A stretch of DNA of 60,687 nt, filler included, from Catajapyx aquilonaris (taxonomy: Eukaryota), in assembly GCA_000934665.2 (NCBI GenBank). It is 2 parts of 2 records of this genome, joined end to end, with 100 filler letters (N's around TTAATTAATTAA, not from the genome) between each part and the next. Parts side by side here need not be neighbours in the genome. Positions count along the whole stretch, not along the records: positions 1 to 30,294 come from JYFJ02004661.1; 1 more part is not named here. The stretch is one strand, 5' to 3'. The translations under genes and the position numbers were made by a program. The notes beneath the pieces were generated by a model. The model was not told the origin of the DNA. It did not search any database and saw only the letters and a program-made list of their open reading frames with translations. The number at the start of each line of letters is the position of its first letter. Position 1 is the first letter of the stretch. This document shows, one piece after another, positions 1 through 11,200 of the stretch.

Positions 1-258
1 CAGTCTTCGGTCTCCCATCACTAGTTCCTCCACTTTGGCCACATTTTCTTCAGTGGTGGAACACACGGGTCTTCCGGAGCGGGGGTCGTCTTCTAGGGTG
101 TCTCGGCCGTGTTTGGAGAGGGCAATCCACTTCTGGATCATGCTGTAGGATGGTGCATCGCCCGCCAATGTATCCTTCATGTCCTCAAAGATGTCCTTGG
201 CACCCATTCCCTTTGCCACCAGGTACTGGATGACCGCGCGATGTGCGATGTTCGCCAT
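1..258 (-). CDS. Mariner transposase N-terminus (HTH region), partial
   Basis: Not in ORF track. Translates MANIAHRAVIQYLVAKGMGAKDIFEDMKDTLAGDAPSYSMIQKWIALSKHGRDTLEDDPRSGRPVCSTTEENVAKVEELVMGDRRL, with the W...EDDPRSGRP motif of mariner transposases. Confidence 0.9.
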   Translation of the reverse strand, partial: MANIAHRAVIQYLVAKGMGAKDIFEDMKDTLAGDAPSYSMIQKWIALSKHGRDTLEDDPRSGRPVCSTTEENVAKVEELVMGDRRL

Positions 259-440
259 CTTCACAAAATGCTGCGTACCCTTTCACATCCGAATTATTTC
301 TGAACCCAAGGACTTTGACACCTATGTCAATTGGGTGGATATAGGGGTTTGAAGGGTGGCTCTATTTAATGGCGCTGATTAGCTTCCGCATTTGCTTCTC
401 CTTCTAGGCGAAACCACGAACTTATATAACACCCCTCGTA
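1..440 (-). mobile_element. 5' part of a mariner (irritans/Himar1-Hsmar2-like) DNA transposon, running off the window edge
   Basis: Minus strand begins TA|CGAGGGGTGTTATATAAGTTCGTGG (TA at 439-440), resembling irritans-type TIRs, and is followed by a transposase ORF starting at 258. Confidence 0.9.
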
Positions 441-729
441 TTTCCAGCCGCCTGCTCCAATACGTATGATTGGGTCTTGATCAATGTCAATTTAATTTGT
501 AGAATGTGATGGCCGTCATCGTCCAGCTGCAGCACCGTCAACAAATATTTTCCAAACTCGCCCCTAACCAATTACTCTGATGGCATTTGCCTGCAGCCGA
601 GCATGTAAACATCTGCTTACCTGTCAAGTGTTCTCTTGGAAACATCGCAGTCGCATATGTATATACCAGTGCGTGTGCTTTGTACAGGTGACTTGTCCAG
701 CTCAGCAGTTGCTGAAAATTAAAGTAACA

Positions 730-2583
730 ATGGCCGTGACCGCTGCTTCAATTGTGTTGTGCCTCATCGTCATCATGGCAGGGTGGGACTTTGGGCAAGT
801 TATAGTCACATCCGAACATGACGAAGAGACAGATGGGGCCCTTTTGTCCGAAGCAGTGTCCAGGATGATGACAGAGAGCCAACAGTTGGCATCATGCTCT
901 CTTGCTATATTCTACGACGGCCCAGAGCTAGACAGTGGATTGCAGAAATTGCCCGCAAATGTTAGCAACCCTGTACTTATTTTCTCGCTTGACAGCGATC
1001 CCGAGTCAGTGGACAGAAACGCTTTTGTGTCCCAGATGTCAAGACAATGCTTCGCCGTCCTCTTTCACGCTGATTTCGACACATACCTTTACAATCCCTT
1101 CTTTGGAGCCATAGAGGAAGGGAAGATGAGCCGAGACTTTTCAATCATCCATGTCAAAGGGGACAACCTGGACGAAATAATTGGCACGGAGCACATCAAA
1201 ATTAAGTTTTTGCTTGGAATAGACAGACTGAAACTGGTCAAGGGCCAGCTGACCTGCCGACTGCTGCAGCCGTGTTTCTTCTGTAACAAAGGTCAATACT
1301 CAGTCACAGAGTTGCAGAACGTGACCTCCTTCGATGGCCAGCTCTTTCCGGACACAACCAGAGACTTCAACGGACGAGAAATCGAAATCTGCATGTACGA
1401 TAGGTGGATCAATTCATTCCTGGAGGAATACTTGCATTACTCTACATACTGGTTGCACGAAGACTCGTACTTGGGTGATTACACTTTTTGCGAGAGGTCC
1501 AGACTATCCCTCCAGGCTTTGAGCTTCACTCAACCTTACCGCGTGGAAAATATGATCATTGTAACAAAGAGGCACGAACCATCCATCACATGGAGGCAAC
1601 TTTTGTCACCTTTTCCTGGCATAGTATGGATCGGCATGTTTGCAACTCTGATTGTAGCAACCACTTTTAACCTGTGTTTGGCGAAGATGGATTCAAGCCC
1701 AAACATTCGAGCATCTTGGATTGATATGCTGACAGAAAGAGTACTTCCGCCCATTTTTGTACAAGGAGTTACGTCGACTGTCACCGGTGCCACAGCCTTG
1801 TTCTTCGGCACTTACTTATTCTTTTGCATCGTGATCTGCACAGCCTATTCCTCCAAGCTAGTGGAATTGCTGATGCATCCGCCTGTGAAGAACGTGGACA
1901 CCTTGCAGGACATGATAGACATGGGGTACATATGGGAATCTCAAAATCAATGGTATTTCGACAACTTCGCCAATTCCAGCAATCCGGTGCTGAAGGAAAT
2001 CGCGTCAAAAGTCCAGATCTACGATAACCACAAGAGATTCAAAGTTGAATTCCACACCTTTCTGGAGCATTGCATATCTATAGTACTGCGGGAGAAGTAC
2101 GCCTGTCTCGTGCAACAGCGTCCATTTGCTTCGATGGTTGCTGTGGAATACTCGTATGAAGAGGAGGGTCAGCTTCATAGCGCTGTTTCAGACCTTCCTG
2201 TCATCCTGGGCGGAATTGCGGCCAGGCTGAATTCGGTCATACTGGAGTCGCTCAACCGCGGCGTTTTGCTGTACTGGCAGAGTGGGGTCAGGAACTACCA
2301 CCAGGACATACGAATGGAGCAGAAGAGAGGAATTGACGCCATCGAAAGGTACAAGTTTGCTGTTAAGAAGGGCATACTGCCGGAAGGGACGGCAAAGTCT
2401 TTGTCTCTGAACCAAATTAAGGCGCCGTTTTTGCTTGCACTGGTTGGTTTGGCCTTTGCTGCCACTGTGTTCGTTTGCGAGGTTTTTAAAGCGGCCATCG
2501 TTGGATTTGAGACAGTTAACTGTGCTCGCCATGTTCAGTGGAATAAATGTAAATGCCATTGCTGCAAGCGTAGCCCTAAGTAA
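730..2583 (+). CDS. Divergent ionotropic receptor (IR, variant iGluR chemoreceptor), copy 1, intronless CDS
   Basis: Signal peptide from ATG 730 (MAVTAASIVLCLIVIMAG); FPD..RDFNGR, FTQPY, LLSPF..VW (M1), AYSSKLV..L..P (M3), VDTLQD, QSG, LSL.QI.APF (M4). ORF track starts it at upstream ATG 580. Confidence 0.9.
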   Translation: MAVTAASIVLCLIVIMAGWDFGQVIVTSEHDEETDGALLSEAVSRMMTESQQLASCSLAIFYDGPELDSGLQKLPANVSNPVLIFSLDSDPESVDRNAFVSQMSRQCFAVLFHADFDTYLYNPFFGAIEEGKMSRDFSIIHVKGDNLDEIIGTEHIKIKFLLGIDRLKLVKGQLTCRLLQPCFFCNKGQYSVTELQNVTSFDGQLFPDTTRDFNGREIEICMYDRWINSFLEEYLHYSTYWLHEDSYLGDYTFCERSRLSLQALSFTQPYRVENMIIVTKRHEPSITWRQLLSPFPGIVWIGMFATLIVATTFNLCLAKMDSSPNIRASWIDMLTERVLPPIFVQGVTSTVTGATALFFGTYLFFCIVICTAYSSKLVELLMHPPVKNVDTLQDMIDMGYIWESQNQWYFDNFANSSNPVLKEIASKVQIYDNHKRFKVEFHTFLEHCISIVLREKYACLVQQRPFASMVAVEYSYEEEGQLHSAVSDLPVILGGIAARLNSVILESLNRGVLLYWQSGVRNYHQDIRMEQKRGIDAIERYKFAVKKGILPEGTAKSLSLNQIKAPFLLALVGLAFAATVFVCEVFKAAIVGFETVNCARHVQWNKCKCHCCKRSPK

Positions 2584-2625
2584 TCAATGAACGTGCTCAC
2601 ATCAGCATATATTACTGTAAATATA

Positions 2626-2854
2626 TCGGGTCAATTTTTTTAAAAAAATGTCCTTGAGGTGCAACGTTTGTATGGTAGCCTACACCTTCATCTGGAGTGC
2701 AATTTATTTACTTGGAGTGCATAATTTTTAATTACTGGGTTTAGCCATGTCAAAAGGCAGAACCATCTGGAGTGCAAAGCTTATAGTATGGAGTGCAGGT
2801 AATAATATTTTGGATTGCAAATTGCACATTTGCTTACTAATATTTCGACCCCTG
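2626..2854. mobile_element. Degenerate non-autonomous DNA transposon (hAT-like MITE) with GGAGTGCA subterminal repeats
   Basis: Ends TTTCGACCCCTG; repeated GGAGTGCA motifs; related copy at 51335-51708; absent from the paralogous position downstream of IR copy 2. Confidence 0.6.
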
Positions 2855-3059
2855 ATATACTGTAGGCCCTATAAGTGTAGGCCTATACATGATTGTACTT
2901 GGTATACTGTAATATTGTTGATTTCATTTTTGCTATTGTGACATCACTTTTTTTTGGTCCCAATCAAGTGTTTATTCCATTCTATACAAATCGTTTCATG
3001 GAAATGGCTGCACATTATTAATAAAAATACTGTACCATGCATTCACCATCGAAATCACA

Positions 3060-3192
3060 AGTAAGAGTGTTTAAAATGCATGTAAAAGTAACTGCAAATG
3101 TATGCTCATTAATAAATAATAATTATCTGGTCACTAAACTCGTCTCATGGTCGTCGTCGTAAAATGTGCACGTCTGCTTGGTAACCCCATCT
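3060..3192 (-). pseudogene. Decayed duplicate of the last exon of the headless integrin gene
   Basis: ATGGTCGTCGTCGTAAAATGTGCACGTCTGCTTGGTAACCCCATCT and GTGTTTAAAATGCATG..CAAATGTATGCT match 5888-6091, with an internal deletion. Confidence 0.75.
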
Positions 3193-3883
3193 CATCAAAC
3201 ATGCAAAGAAACACAGAGAGCAACCTGGACTAACTTTTCAGGAGAATATGAGACTCAGTGTAGTTACTCCACTTTGTTGAGTGGGCATCAAGAAACAGTT
3301 CCAGGTCAAATTTAAGCGCAAAGAAAATGTTGGCGAAAGAAACAGCTAAAATATATTTCTTTCGCTAACTTTCTTCATCAACGTCTGGACACCTATAGGT
3401 GTCCAAATGCTGATGATGAATGTCCTATGGTGCAGTCCCAGGTTGCTCGCAAATTGGCGAAGATAATAGGCTTTCGCTGATGGTATTGTATTTTTAGTGC
3501 CATCAATGATGCTAATGTGGAATGAACATACCAATGCAAGTGTTCATATACAGTATGTTGTATAAAATGTGGCCCTTGTGCGATACAGCAAGTACCGGTA
3601 CTGTGCCAACACCATTGTGTTTTGCTGCCAACACCATTGTGTTTTGAACAATGTCAATTTCATTTGTCGAATGTGATGGCCGTCATCGTCCAGCTCTAGC
3701 GCCGTCAACAAATATTTTCCAATTACTCTGATGGCATTTGCCTGCAGCCGAGCATGTAAACATCTGCTTACCTGTCAAGTGTCCTCGTGGAAACATCGCG
3801 GTCACATAATTATTATGTACCAGTTCTTGTGCTTTTGTTCAAGTGACTTGTCCAGCTCAGTAGTTGCTGACACCATAGTAACT

Positions 3884-5743
3884 ATGGCGGTGACCGCTGC
3901 TTCAATTGTGCTGTGCCTCATCGTCATCATGGCAGGGCGTGACTTCGGGCAAGTTATAGTCACATCCGAACATGACGAAGAGACAGATGGGGCCCTTTTG
4001 TCCGAAGCAGTGTCCAGGATGATGACAGAGAGCCAACAGTTGGCATCATGCTCTCTTGCTATATTCTACGACGACCCAGAGCTAGACAGTGGATTGCAGA
4101 AATTGCCCGCAAATGTTAGCAACCCTGTACTTATTTTCTCGCTTCACAACTCTCCAAAGTCAATGGACAGAAACTCGTTTGTGTCCCAGATGTCAGGACA
4201 ATGCTTCGCCGTCCTCTTTCACGCTGATTTCGACACATACCTTTACAATCCGTTCTTTCGAGCCATAGAGGAAGGGAAGATGAGTCGCGACTTTTCAATC
4301 ATCCATGTCGAAGGGGACAACCTGGACGAAATAATTGGCACGGAGCACATCAAAATTAAGTTTTTGCTTGGAATAGACAGACTGAAACGAGTCAAAGGTC
4401 AGCTGACCTGTCGACTGCTGCAGCCGTGTTTCTTCTGCAACAAAGGTCAATACTCAGTCACAGAGTTGCAGAACGTGACCTCCTCATTCGATGGCCAGCT
4501 CTTTCCGGACACAACCAGAGATTTCAACGGACGAGAAATCAAAGTATGCATGTACGATTGGTGGATCAATTCATTCCTGGAGCAATACTTGCATTACTCC
4601 ACCTTTTGGATGCACCAAGACTCGTACTTGGGTGATTACACTTTTTGCGAAGGGGCCAGACTATCCCTCCAGGCTTTGAGCTTCACTCAACCTTACCGCA
4701 TGGAAAATATGATCATTGTAACAAAGAGGCACGAACCATCCATCACATGGAGGCAACTTTTGTCACCTTTTCCTGGCATAGTATGGATCGGTATGTTTGC
4801 AACTCTGATTGTAGCAACCACTTTTAACCTGTGTTTGGCGAAGATGGATTCAAGCCCAAACATTCGAGCATCTTGGATTGATATGCTGACAGAAAGAATA
4901 CTTCCGCCTATTTTTGGACAAGGAGTTACCTCGACTGTCACCGGTGCCACAGCCTTGTTCTTCGGCACTTACTTATTCTTTTGCATCGTGATCTGCACAG
5001 CCTATTCCTCCAAGCTAGTGGAATTGCTGATGCATCCGCCTGTGAAGAACGTGGACACCTTGCAGGACCTGATAGACATGGGATACAGATGGTCAGCTCA
5101 TCAACAACGGTATTTCGATACCTTTGCCAATGTCAGCAATCCGGTTCTGAGGGAAATCGCGTCAAAAGTCGAGATCCTCGAATACTTTGGGCCATACAAA
5201 GTTGATACCGAGACCTTTCTGGAGCTATGCATCTCTAGGGCACTGGAGGAAAAGTACGCCTGTCTTGTGCAACAACTTCCATTTGCTATGTTCAGAGATT
5301 TGGAAGACGGGTATCGCAGGCATCAGCTTCATATCGCTGTTTCAGATCTTCCTGTCATCCTAGCAGGAATTGCGGCCAGGCTGAATTCGGTCATATTCGA
5401 GTCGCTCAACCGCGGTGTTTTGCTGTACTGGCAGAGTGGGATCAGGCACTACGACCAGGACATGAGAATTGAGCGCAAGAGAGAAATTGACATCGCTGAC
5501 TGGTACAAGTTTGCTGGGAAGAAGGGCATACCGGTATTGCTGGAAGGAGAGGCCACAGGTTTGTCTCTGAACCAAATTAAGGCGCCGTTTGTGCTTGCAC
5601 TGGTTGGTTTGGCCTTAGCTGCCACTGTGTTCGCTTGCGAGGTTTTTAAAGCGGCCATTGGCAGTATTTCGCCAGTTAACTGTGCTCGCCATGTTCAGTG
5701 GAATAAATGTAAATGCCATTGCTGCAAGCGTAGCCCTAAGTAA
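3884..5743 (+). CDS. Divergent ionotropic receptor, copy 2 (tandem paralogue), intronless CDS
   Basis: Same architecture as copy 1 and near-identical in the N-terminus and TM region; likely ATG 3884 (ORF track starts at 3731). Confidence 0.9.
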   Translation: MAVTAASIVLCLIVIMAGRDFGQVIVTSEHDEETDGALLSEAVSRMMTESQQLASCSLAIFYDDPELDSGLQKLPANVSNPVLIFSLHNSPKSMDRNSFVSQMSGQCFAVLFHADFDTYLYNPFFRAIEEGKMSRDFSIIHVEGDNLDEIIGTEHIKIKFLLGIDRLKRVKGQLTCRLLQPCFFCNKGQYSVTELQNVTSSFDGQLFPDTTRDFNGREIKVCMYDWWINSFLEQYLHYSTFWMHQDSYLGDYTFCEGARLSLQALSFTQPYRMENMIIVTKRHEPSITWRQLLSPFPGIVWIGMFATLIVATTFNLCLAKMDSSPNIRASWIDMLTERILPPIFGQGVTSTVTGATALFFGTYLFFCIVICTAYSSKLVELLMHPPVKNVDTLQDLIDMGYRWSAHQQRYFDTFANVSNPVLREIASKVEILEYFGPYKVDTETFLELCISRALEEKYACLVQQLPFAMFRDLEDGYRRHQLHIAVSDLPVILAGIAARLNSVIFESLNRGVLLYWQSGIRHYDQDMRIERKREIDIADWYKFAGKKGIPVLLEGEATGLSLNQIKAPFVLALVGLALAATVFACEVFKAAIGSISPVNCARHVQWNKCKCHCCKRSPK

Positions 5744-5892
5744 TCAATTAACGTGCTCACATCTGGGAATACAGTATATTAAATGCATGTGTCGAAAGTA
5801 ATTGTTGGTTTGTTGCTTTTGTGAGATCGGTATTTACGCTGTTTATTCCATAGTTATATACAAATTCATCACCATCACAATCACACAAGTGT

Positions 5893-6803
5893 TTAAAATG
5901 CGTGCAAAATTAGCAGCAAATGTATGCTGATTAATAAAGTTATTCTATGACTACTCCCAACATTTGCTGGACATGTTTTCCCCTTCTGCACCTCCAGTGT
6001 GGTCGTGTTCTTGTAATCTTCCTCGTAGGCGAACTTGTACAAGCAATGGTCGTCGTCATAAAATGTGCACATCTGCTTGGTAACTCCATCTGAAGGCACA
6101 ATAATAAATATCTAGCTCAATTAATCTAAGGACAACCATCACCTTTTATATCAGCAACTTCGACTGGTATCAACCGACATTTGCTGCAATCATGCTGGCA
6201 GTAAACGCATGGTCGCAATTGCTCGCACTTATTCTTGCAAGTCTGAAAATTTAGTGAGCATATAATTATTATACTTTTATGTATACCAACAATATTGCGT
6301 GACATACTTACAGGACAAAGATGGCAGAATGTTCCTGAATATCCGCTGTTGCAGATGCAGACTCCGCAGTGACACGAACCATGTCCCGAGCAGACCACGT
6401 CCTCACCATGTCTGATGCAGTGTCGGTCGAAACGCGTCTCGGCCACGTCGCACTGGCACATTCTCCCAGTCCAGCCAGGGAGACACTGGCATGTCCCACA
6501 CACGCACAGCCCCTTACCTCCACACACTTGACCTTTGAACCGATCACAGCTGAAATTATCGCACTCGCAGTAAGTACCACTCACTTTCTCCTCGGGATTA
6601 TCTTGTACATGACACTCGCACTTTCCGCACACGCAGTCTCCGCGGTCTGAACAGAGAACATTCGTGCTATTGTTGGGTCTGCAGCCGTCCACCATGTTCC
6701 TATGAGACCGGATGACGTCAAATGGACACCTGGACCATATGGAGCTTCCTACTGTTTGGGTCCACAATATTGCGAAAATGAGACCTCCAGCATTGTCGTG
6801 CAT
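5893..6803 (-). CDS. Headless integrin-beta-like protein (~262 aa): weak signal peptide, three I-EGF repeats, beta-tail domain, C-terminal hydrophobic GPI-like end
   Basis: Exons 6803-6312, 6242-6143, 6089-5893 with GT-AG introns in the same positions and phases as introns 7-8 of the full integrin. Contains [20 protein letters not shown] and [17 protein letters not shown] at ~5847-5842. Confidence 0.8.
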
Positions 6804-8234
6804 GGCTAATTTTTGCACAAAAAATAATCCAAACTACATTGCTGAAAATGGCAATAACGATTCGGGAAAACCCGTTTGCGGGGTATGTCACATTGTAGGT
6901 ATGATCGCGGTCAGTGATGACACCGGACTGTGCTATACGAGAATGAAGCCTGCGCCTGAGGTCCATCACTCTTTTTTTTTAATTTAATGAGCTCGTATTT
7001 CTCATGACAAGAGGTACTTTGGCGCCACGCCCTGTAACAGGCGTCAAGGTGCAAACTTCTGATAACGCCACGTTGAACCCTCATTATTTTTTTTGCTGGA
7101 GGGTGTACACACCTGGAGCACTTTTTTTCCTCTTAAAATAATGTGCAAAGTTGTCTGGTTTATGTTACGCGATCTGTTAATATTGCATGGCTGGGTGGGG
7201 TCATCCCGATAATCTAGTAGGGGAAACAAGAGCCACACCTAGCTTTTTTTTTAAAAAAAAAAACTTTCTAATAACTGTGGTGTTAATTACTTTTTCTCAC
7301 CATACTCCATATTAATGGGAATGCGACATAGGCGTACTTTTATTTGTTGATTTATTTGATTTACAAGATTCAGCACTATTAGTAGTCCGGAAGTGGGTTA
7401 GGTAGCCCGGACATACAGACAAACTTTCTGATTTATTATATAGATTAATTTTTTCATTCATTGTTGCTCCGAGTTCCTCATTGATAATAATAGAGTACGT
7501 GCAGTTGTGCACACAAAGACATACCGCCCATTTTACATATGTATGTAGTACACTTGTACAGTACACATCACACTTGCATGTACTGCGGAGTACACATGTA
7601 CAGTACATTGATTATTTTTTGATTTGTTTATGGCGGGGTGAGTTTTTAACTCGCCCCTTTCCTACAAAAATTTGTTTTGTCTGTTGGTAACTTGCATGCC
7701 CATAGTGCTAAAGACCTGTAAGAGTGACCCCAGGTCACATATGAGCTACCCTATACCTCCAGGCTGAAACTCTGGGATTGAGCAGGGCCTCGTGATTTAT
7801 AAACTCATACTACATGGGTCATATTATGTTTCCGGTAATCATCAATAAGAGTCGAAAGATTTCAGTGTGCGTAATTAGTCGTAATGGTAGTCATACCGGA
7901 TGTTTTATTCAGGTATACAATCGTTCAATCGGCAAGGGATGTCAACGCCATCAGTTGGTCGAAGGTTGAACTGTGGCTCACTACTGTATATGCTGTAATA
8001 CAGTAGCAGTGTTGCCACGTAGTTCTGATTCGATTGGTTCAATTTGACATCACCTCTTGGGTCGCTCATAGCTTAGTTGCTAACGATGAAGTTTAGCAGC
8101 TAGAAGCAGCGGAGTTTGCGAATGTATTGGCGCCAAAACCATTCAGTTCAAAATACTTTAATTCAACATATTTAAAAATTTTAATTCAACAAATCTTCTT
8201 ATTGTCCGGATATCAGCAGTTGTGACACACATGC

Positions 8235-11200
8235 TCACTGTCCACTGTACATAGGGTTGCTAAAGGTGGACGTGGGTAGCTTGTAGATGGGATTGTCAGC
8301 CTGTAATGAAATTAAGTAAAGCGTATGTTCTATACACAGCAGCGCTTTTTGCATCTACACAAACCGATTCCCATTTGGCCTTCATCCTGTCCTTCTCGAA
8401 CTTGACGAACTCGTTCTTGTCGTGAAAATGTGTGAGTATCTTCCACAGAAGGAGAAAGAGAAGTCCAATAAGGAAGATGGCCGACGTGACACCAAGCACC
8501 ACTGGAAGGACAATGTTTGGAGGGCACTCCTTACTACTCTGCACTTCCACCCTTATCACATCCTGCTTATCTTCCTCGTAGGCGAACGTGTATCGACACC
8601 CATCGTCATCTATGTACGAGCACATCTGCTTCTTCTTATTGTCATCTGAGAAAACAGTGGCGATACCAAAAAAAATCCATACGTCAAACGTGACAACTCA
8701 ATGCAAAAAATTAATTAATATCTATAGTAATTGCATGCCATTAATTATGTCCACTTCGATCGGAGTGAACGGACACTTGCTGCACTCTATGCTAGGGTTG
8801 TCTTCAAACTGCTGGCAATGGACACAACTACGCAACAGCTCACATTGCTCCTTGCACGTCTGCAAATTATTGAGATATTAAAACATATTTCGTAGAATTT
8901 TACATCAACCACAATGAATAATAAGACAAAATTAAACTTGCAGGGCATAGATGGCAGAAGCTTCCTGAGAACCTTCCTTCTGCGGTTTCTTCGCAGTGGC
9001 AGACCCCGCATTGGCATACACCCTTTTCAGAGCAGATCTGGGTCTGCCCCGGGGCCACGCAGGTGTCTGTGGAATTGTAACACTCGCATCCCTTCCCGGT
9101 CCATGGCTCGTTGCACTGGCAGACCCCGCATTGGCAACGACCCATGTCCTCTCCTCCGCAGACCTGACCGTTGACCCTATCGCAACTGAAGTTGTCACAC
9201 TCGCAGAATGGTCCTGTCACCCTCTCATCTGGGTTGGCACGACGGTAACAGTCGCACACACCGCACTCGCATTTTCCTCGACCAGAGCACAGCACCTCCG
9301 TCGTGTTGTCAGGCCTGCAATTGTCGGTCAGGCCCCTTTCCGTACCCGTACTTGTCGAATTGCACTCGCAGAGTCGACCGAAGTGATCCGAATCGCAGCT
9401 GCACACACCGCATTGCAACGATCCGAATCTGTTGCATGACGCTGAAGCAGCTTCGTAGTCCTATCACAACATATTTTAATGAACTGATTTTAGATGAATT
9501 TTTTAATGAGCGCAACCGAGTGCGCAACACAGTTCGCGCAAATTGTTTCCAACACTACGCATGAGCAATATGGCCGACTTGCGCGAGTGTGGGTGCGCAC
9601 TCGGTTGCTCTCGTAAAAGAAATTACTCACAGGCGAATCTGGTCGTTCGCAAGGACAGTCGCACAACATCTCCACTTCGACCACGAGAGACTCATTGACC
9701 GCAACAGGACTGATCTCAAACCGCTGCGTCCATTTCCTCTGGCTCTGAGGACACCTCGTGACCTCAATTCGAGCCGTGAACTTGATTATGTCACCGATCT
9801 TGAACCCCTCGCACTTTTGAGTCGTCCTAGGAGGACCATCCTCTTTGCAGTTGGACAGGTACGACACTTGAACAGGACCTGACGCCGTGTCTTTCAGTTC
9901 CACCCTTGATGTGATTGCCTAATGGAGTAATATTGAATGCTTCAAACTGCAAAAATGCTCTATGGTGTGTACTGTACTCACATTATACTGGTCTAACACC
10001 AGGTTGACAACATTGGATGAATTTGACGATAGTACTCCAACAGATGACCCTTCGATCCTGTCCTTCAGATCAGTGTAGATGCCTTCCTGATCTTCGGTGA
10101 CTGCAAAGATCAAGTTGATCGAGTTCTCCTTGGCCTTGTTGTTGATCTGAGACACCGAAGGGTAGTCTTGAAGGGTCGAGTGCATATACCTGTTGTTTTC
10201 CATGTGACACTCGCCGTCGTTAGGCTTCACCACGCCTCCCAACTGTTGATGACAACAATTAGTATGTAATAAATAGAAGGGCGTCATAACGTGTCTAATA
10301 GTTTGTGACCTTTCCATCCCCCGCGTAATGAAAGGACGCGTCTGTTGATAAGACCAGAAGACGACGGGCTCTTTCTCGCCATCCGATTTCCTTGCGACAG
10401 GCGATCGCTTGCATTATGGCGTCGAACCCTCCTTCTGGGGCGTCCAAGTTGCCAGAAATAGCTGTTTCCATTACTTCAGTCTGAAATAGTTCACACATAA
10501 ACACTAATTTTGGTTCTGCATATTTCAAATAAGATCAGAGGCTACTTACTGCAAATCGTGACGTGTTAGTGCTGAGAGACATGTGATTCTTAAACCCATA
10601 AGGAGCCGCACATTCTCTGCAAGGGCTCTTCAACCTTCAGACAAAACAAACCAGATTAACACGCCATTTTTAATTGTGCGAGTACATCACATACTTGAGA
10701 GGTACGGTGCTAACAAACGGCATGACCTCCTTGTCCACAAAACTTCCGAACCCCAGACGAAAATTGGAAGTGATGTTCTCCATCGTTTGTGCCAGGAGGT
10801 CACCCAGCTTCGACAGTGTCTTCTTGTCGTCCAACATCGAATAGGACAGGTCCATCACATAGTAGAGATCAACCGGATAATTCCGGGCCTGTGAGTAGAA
10901 AATTTCCAGATTGTAAGGCACGTCTGAAAAATAAAAATTCAAGTTATGTTACAAATCTTTTGCCCGGAGACTAACTGTATATGTTACTTACTGGGTCTGA
11001 GGCGTAGTTTGACATGCTGTGGTCTGAGTTGCACCGAATCCTGTCCCATTGACCCATCCGACAGTCCCTTGTCCATCAGCGTTTCCTGCTCATTTACAGG
11101 CTGGATCAAAAACCTGGTTCCACATTGGTCCATGATGCTGACCGTTATCGGGTCGTCCATCTGGAAGCATCTGCCCTCAGGTCTGTCGAAGTTGGGTTTG

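Noticed and set aside
580..729. 50-aa N-terminal extension of the IRs (also 3731-3883)
   Set aside because: The two copies read homologous DNA in different frames over part of this stretch, and the signal peptide begins at the later ATG; probably 5' UTR.
6690..6770. Headless-integrin exons as alternative 3' exons of the full integrin
   Set aside because: Candidate AG acceptors here are phase 1 or 2 with poor pyrimidine tracts, whereas integrin exon 6 ends in phase 0; disfavoured but not excluded.
7490..7610. GTACACAT-rich repeats and the 21-bp doublet at 3604-3646 as CRISPR-like arrays
   Set aside because: Low-complexity or simple tandem repeats without unique spacers, in eukaryotic DNA.
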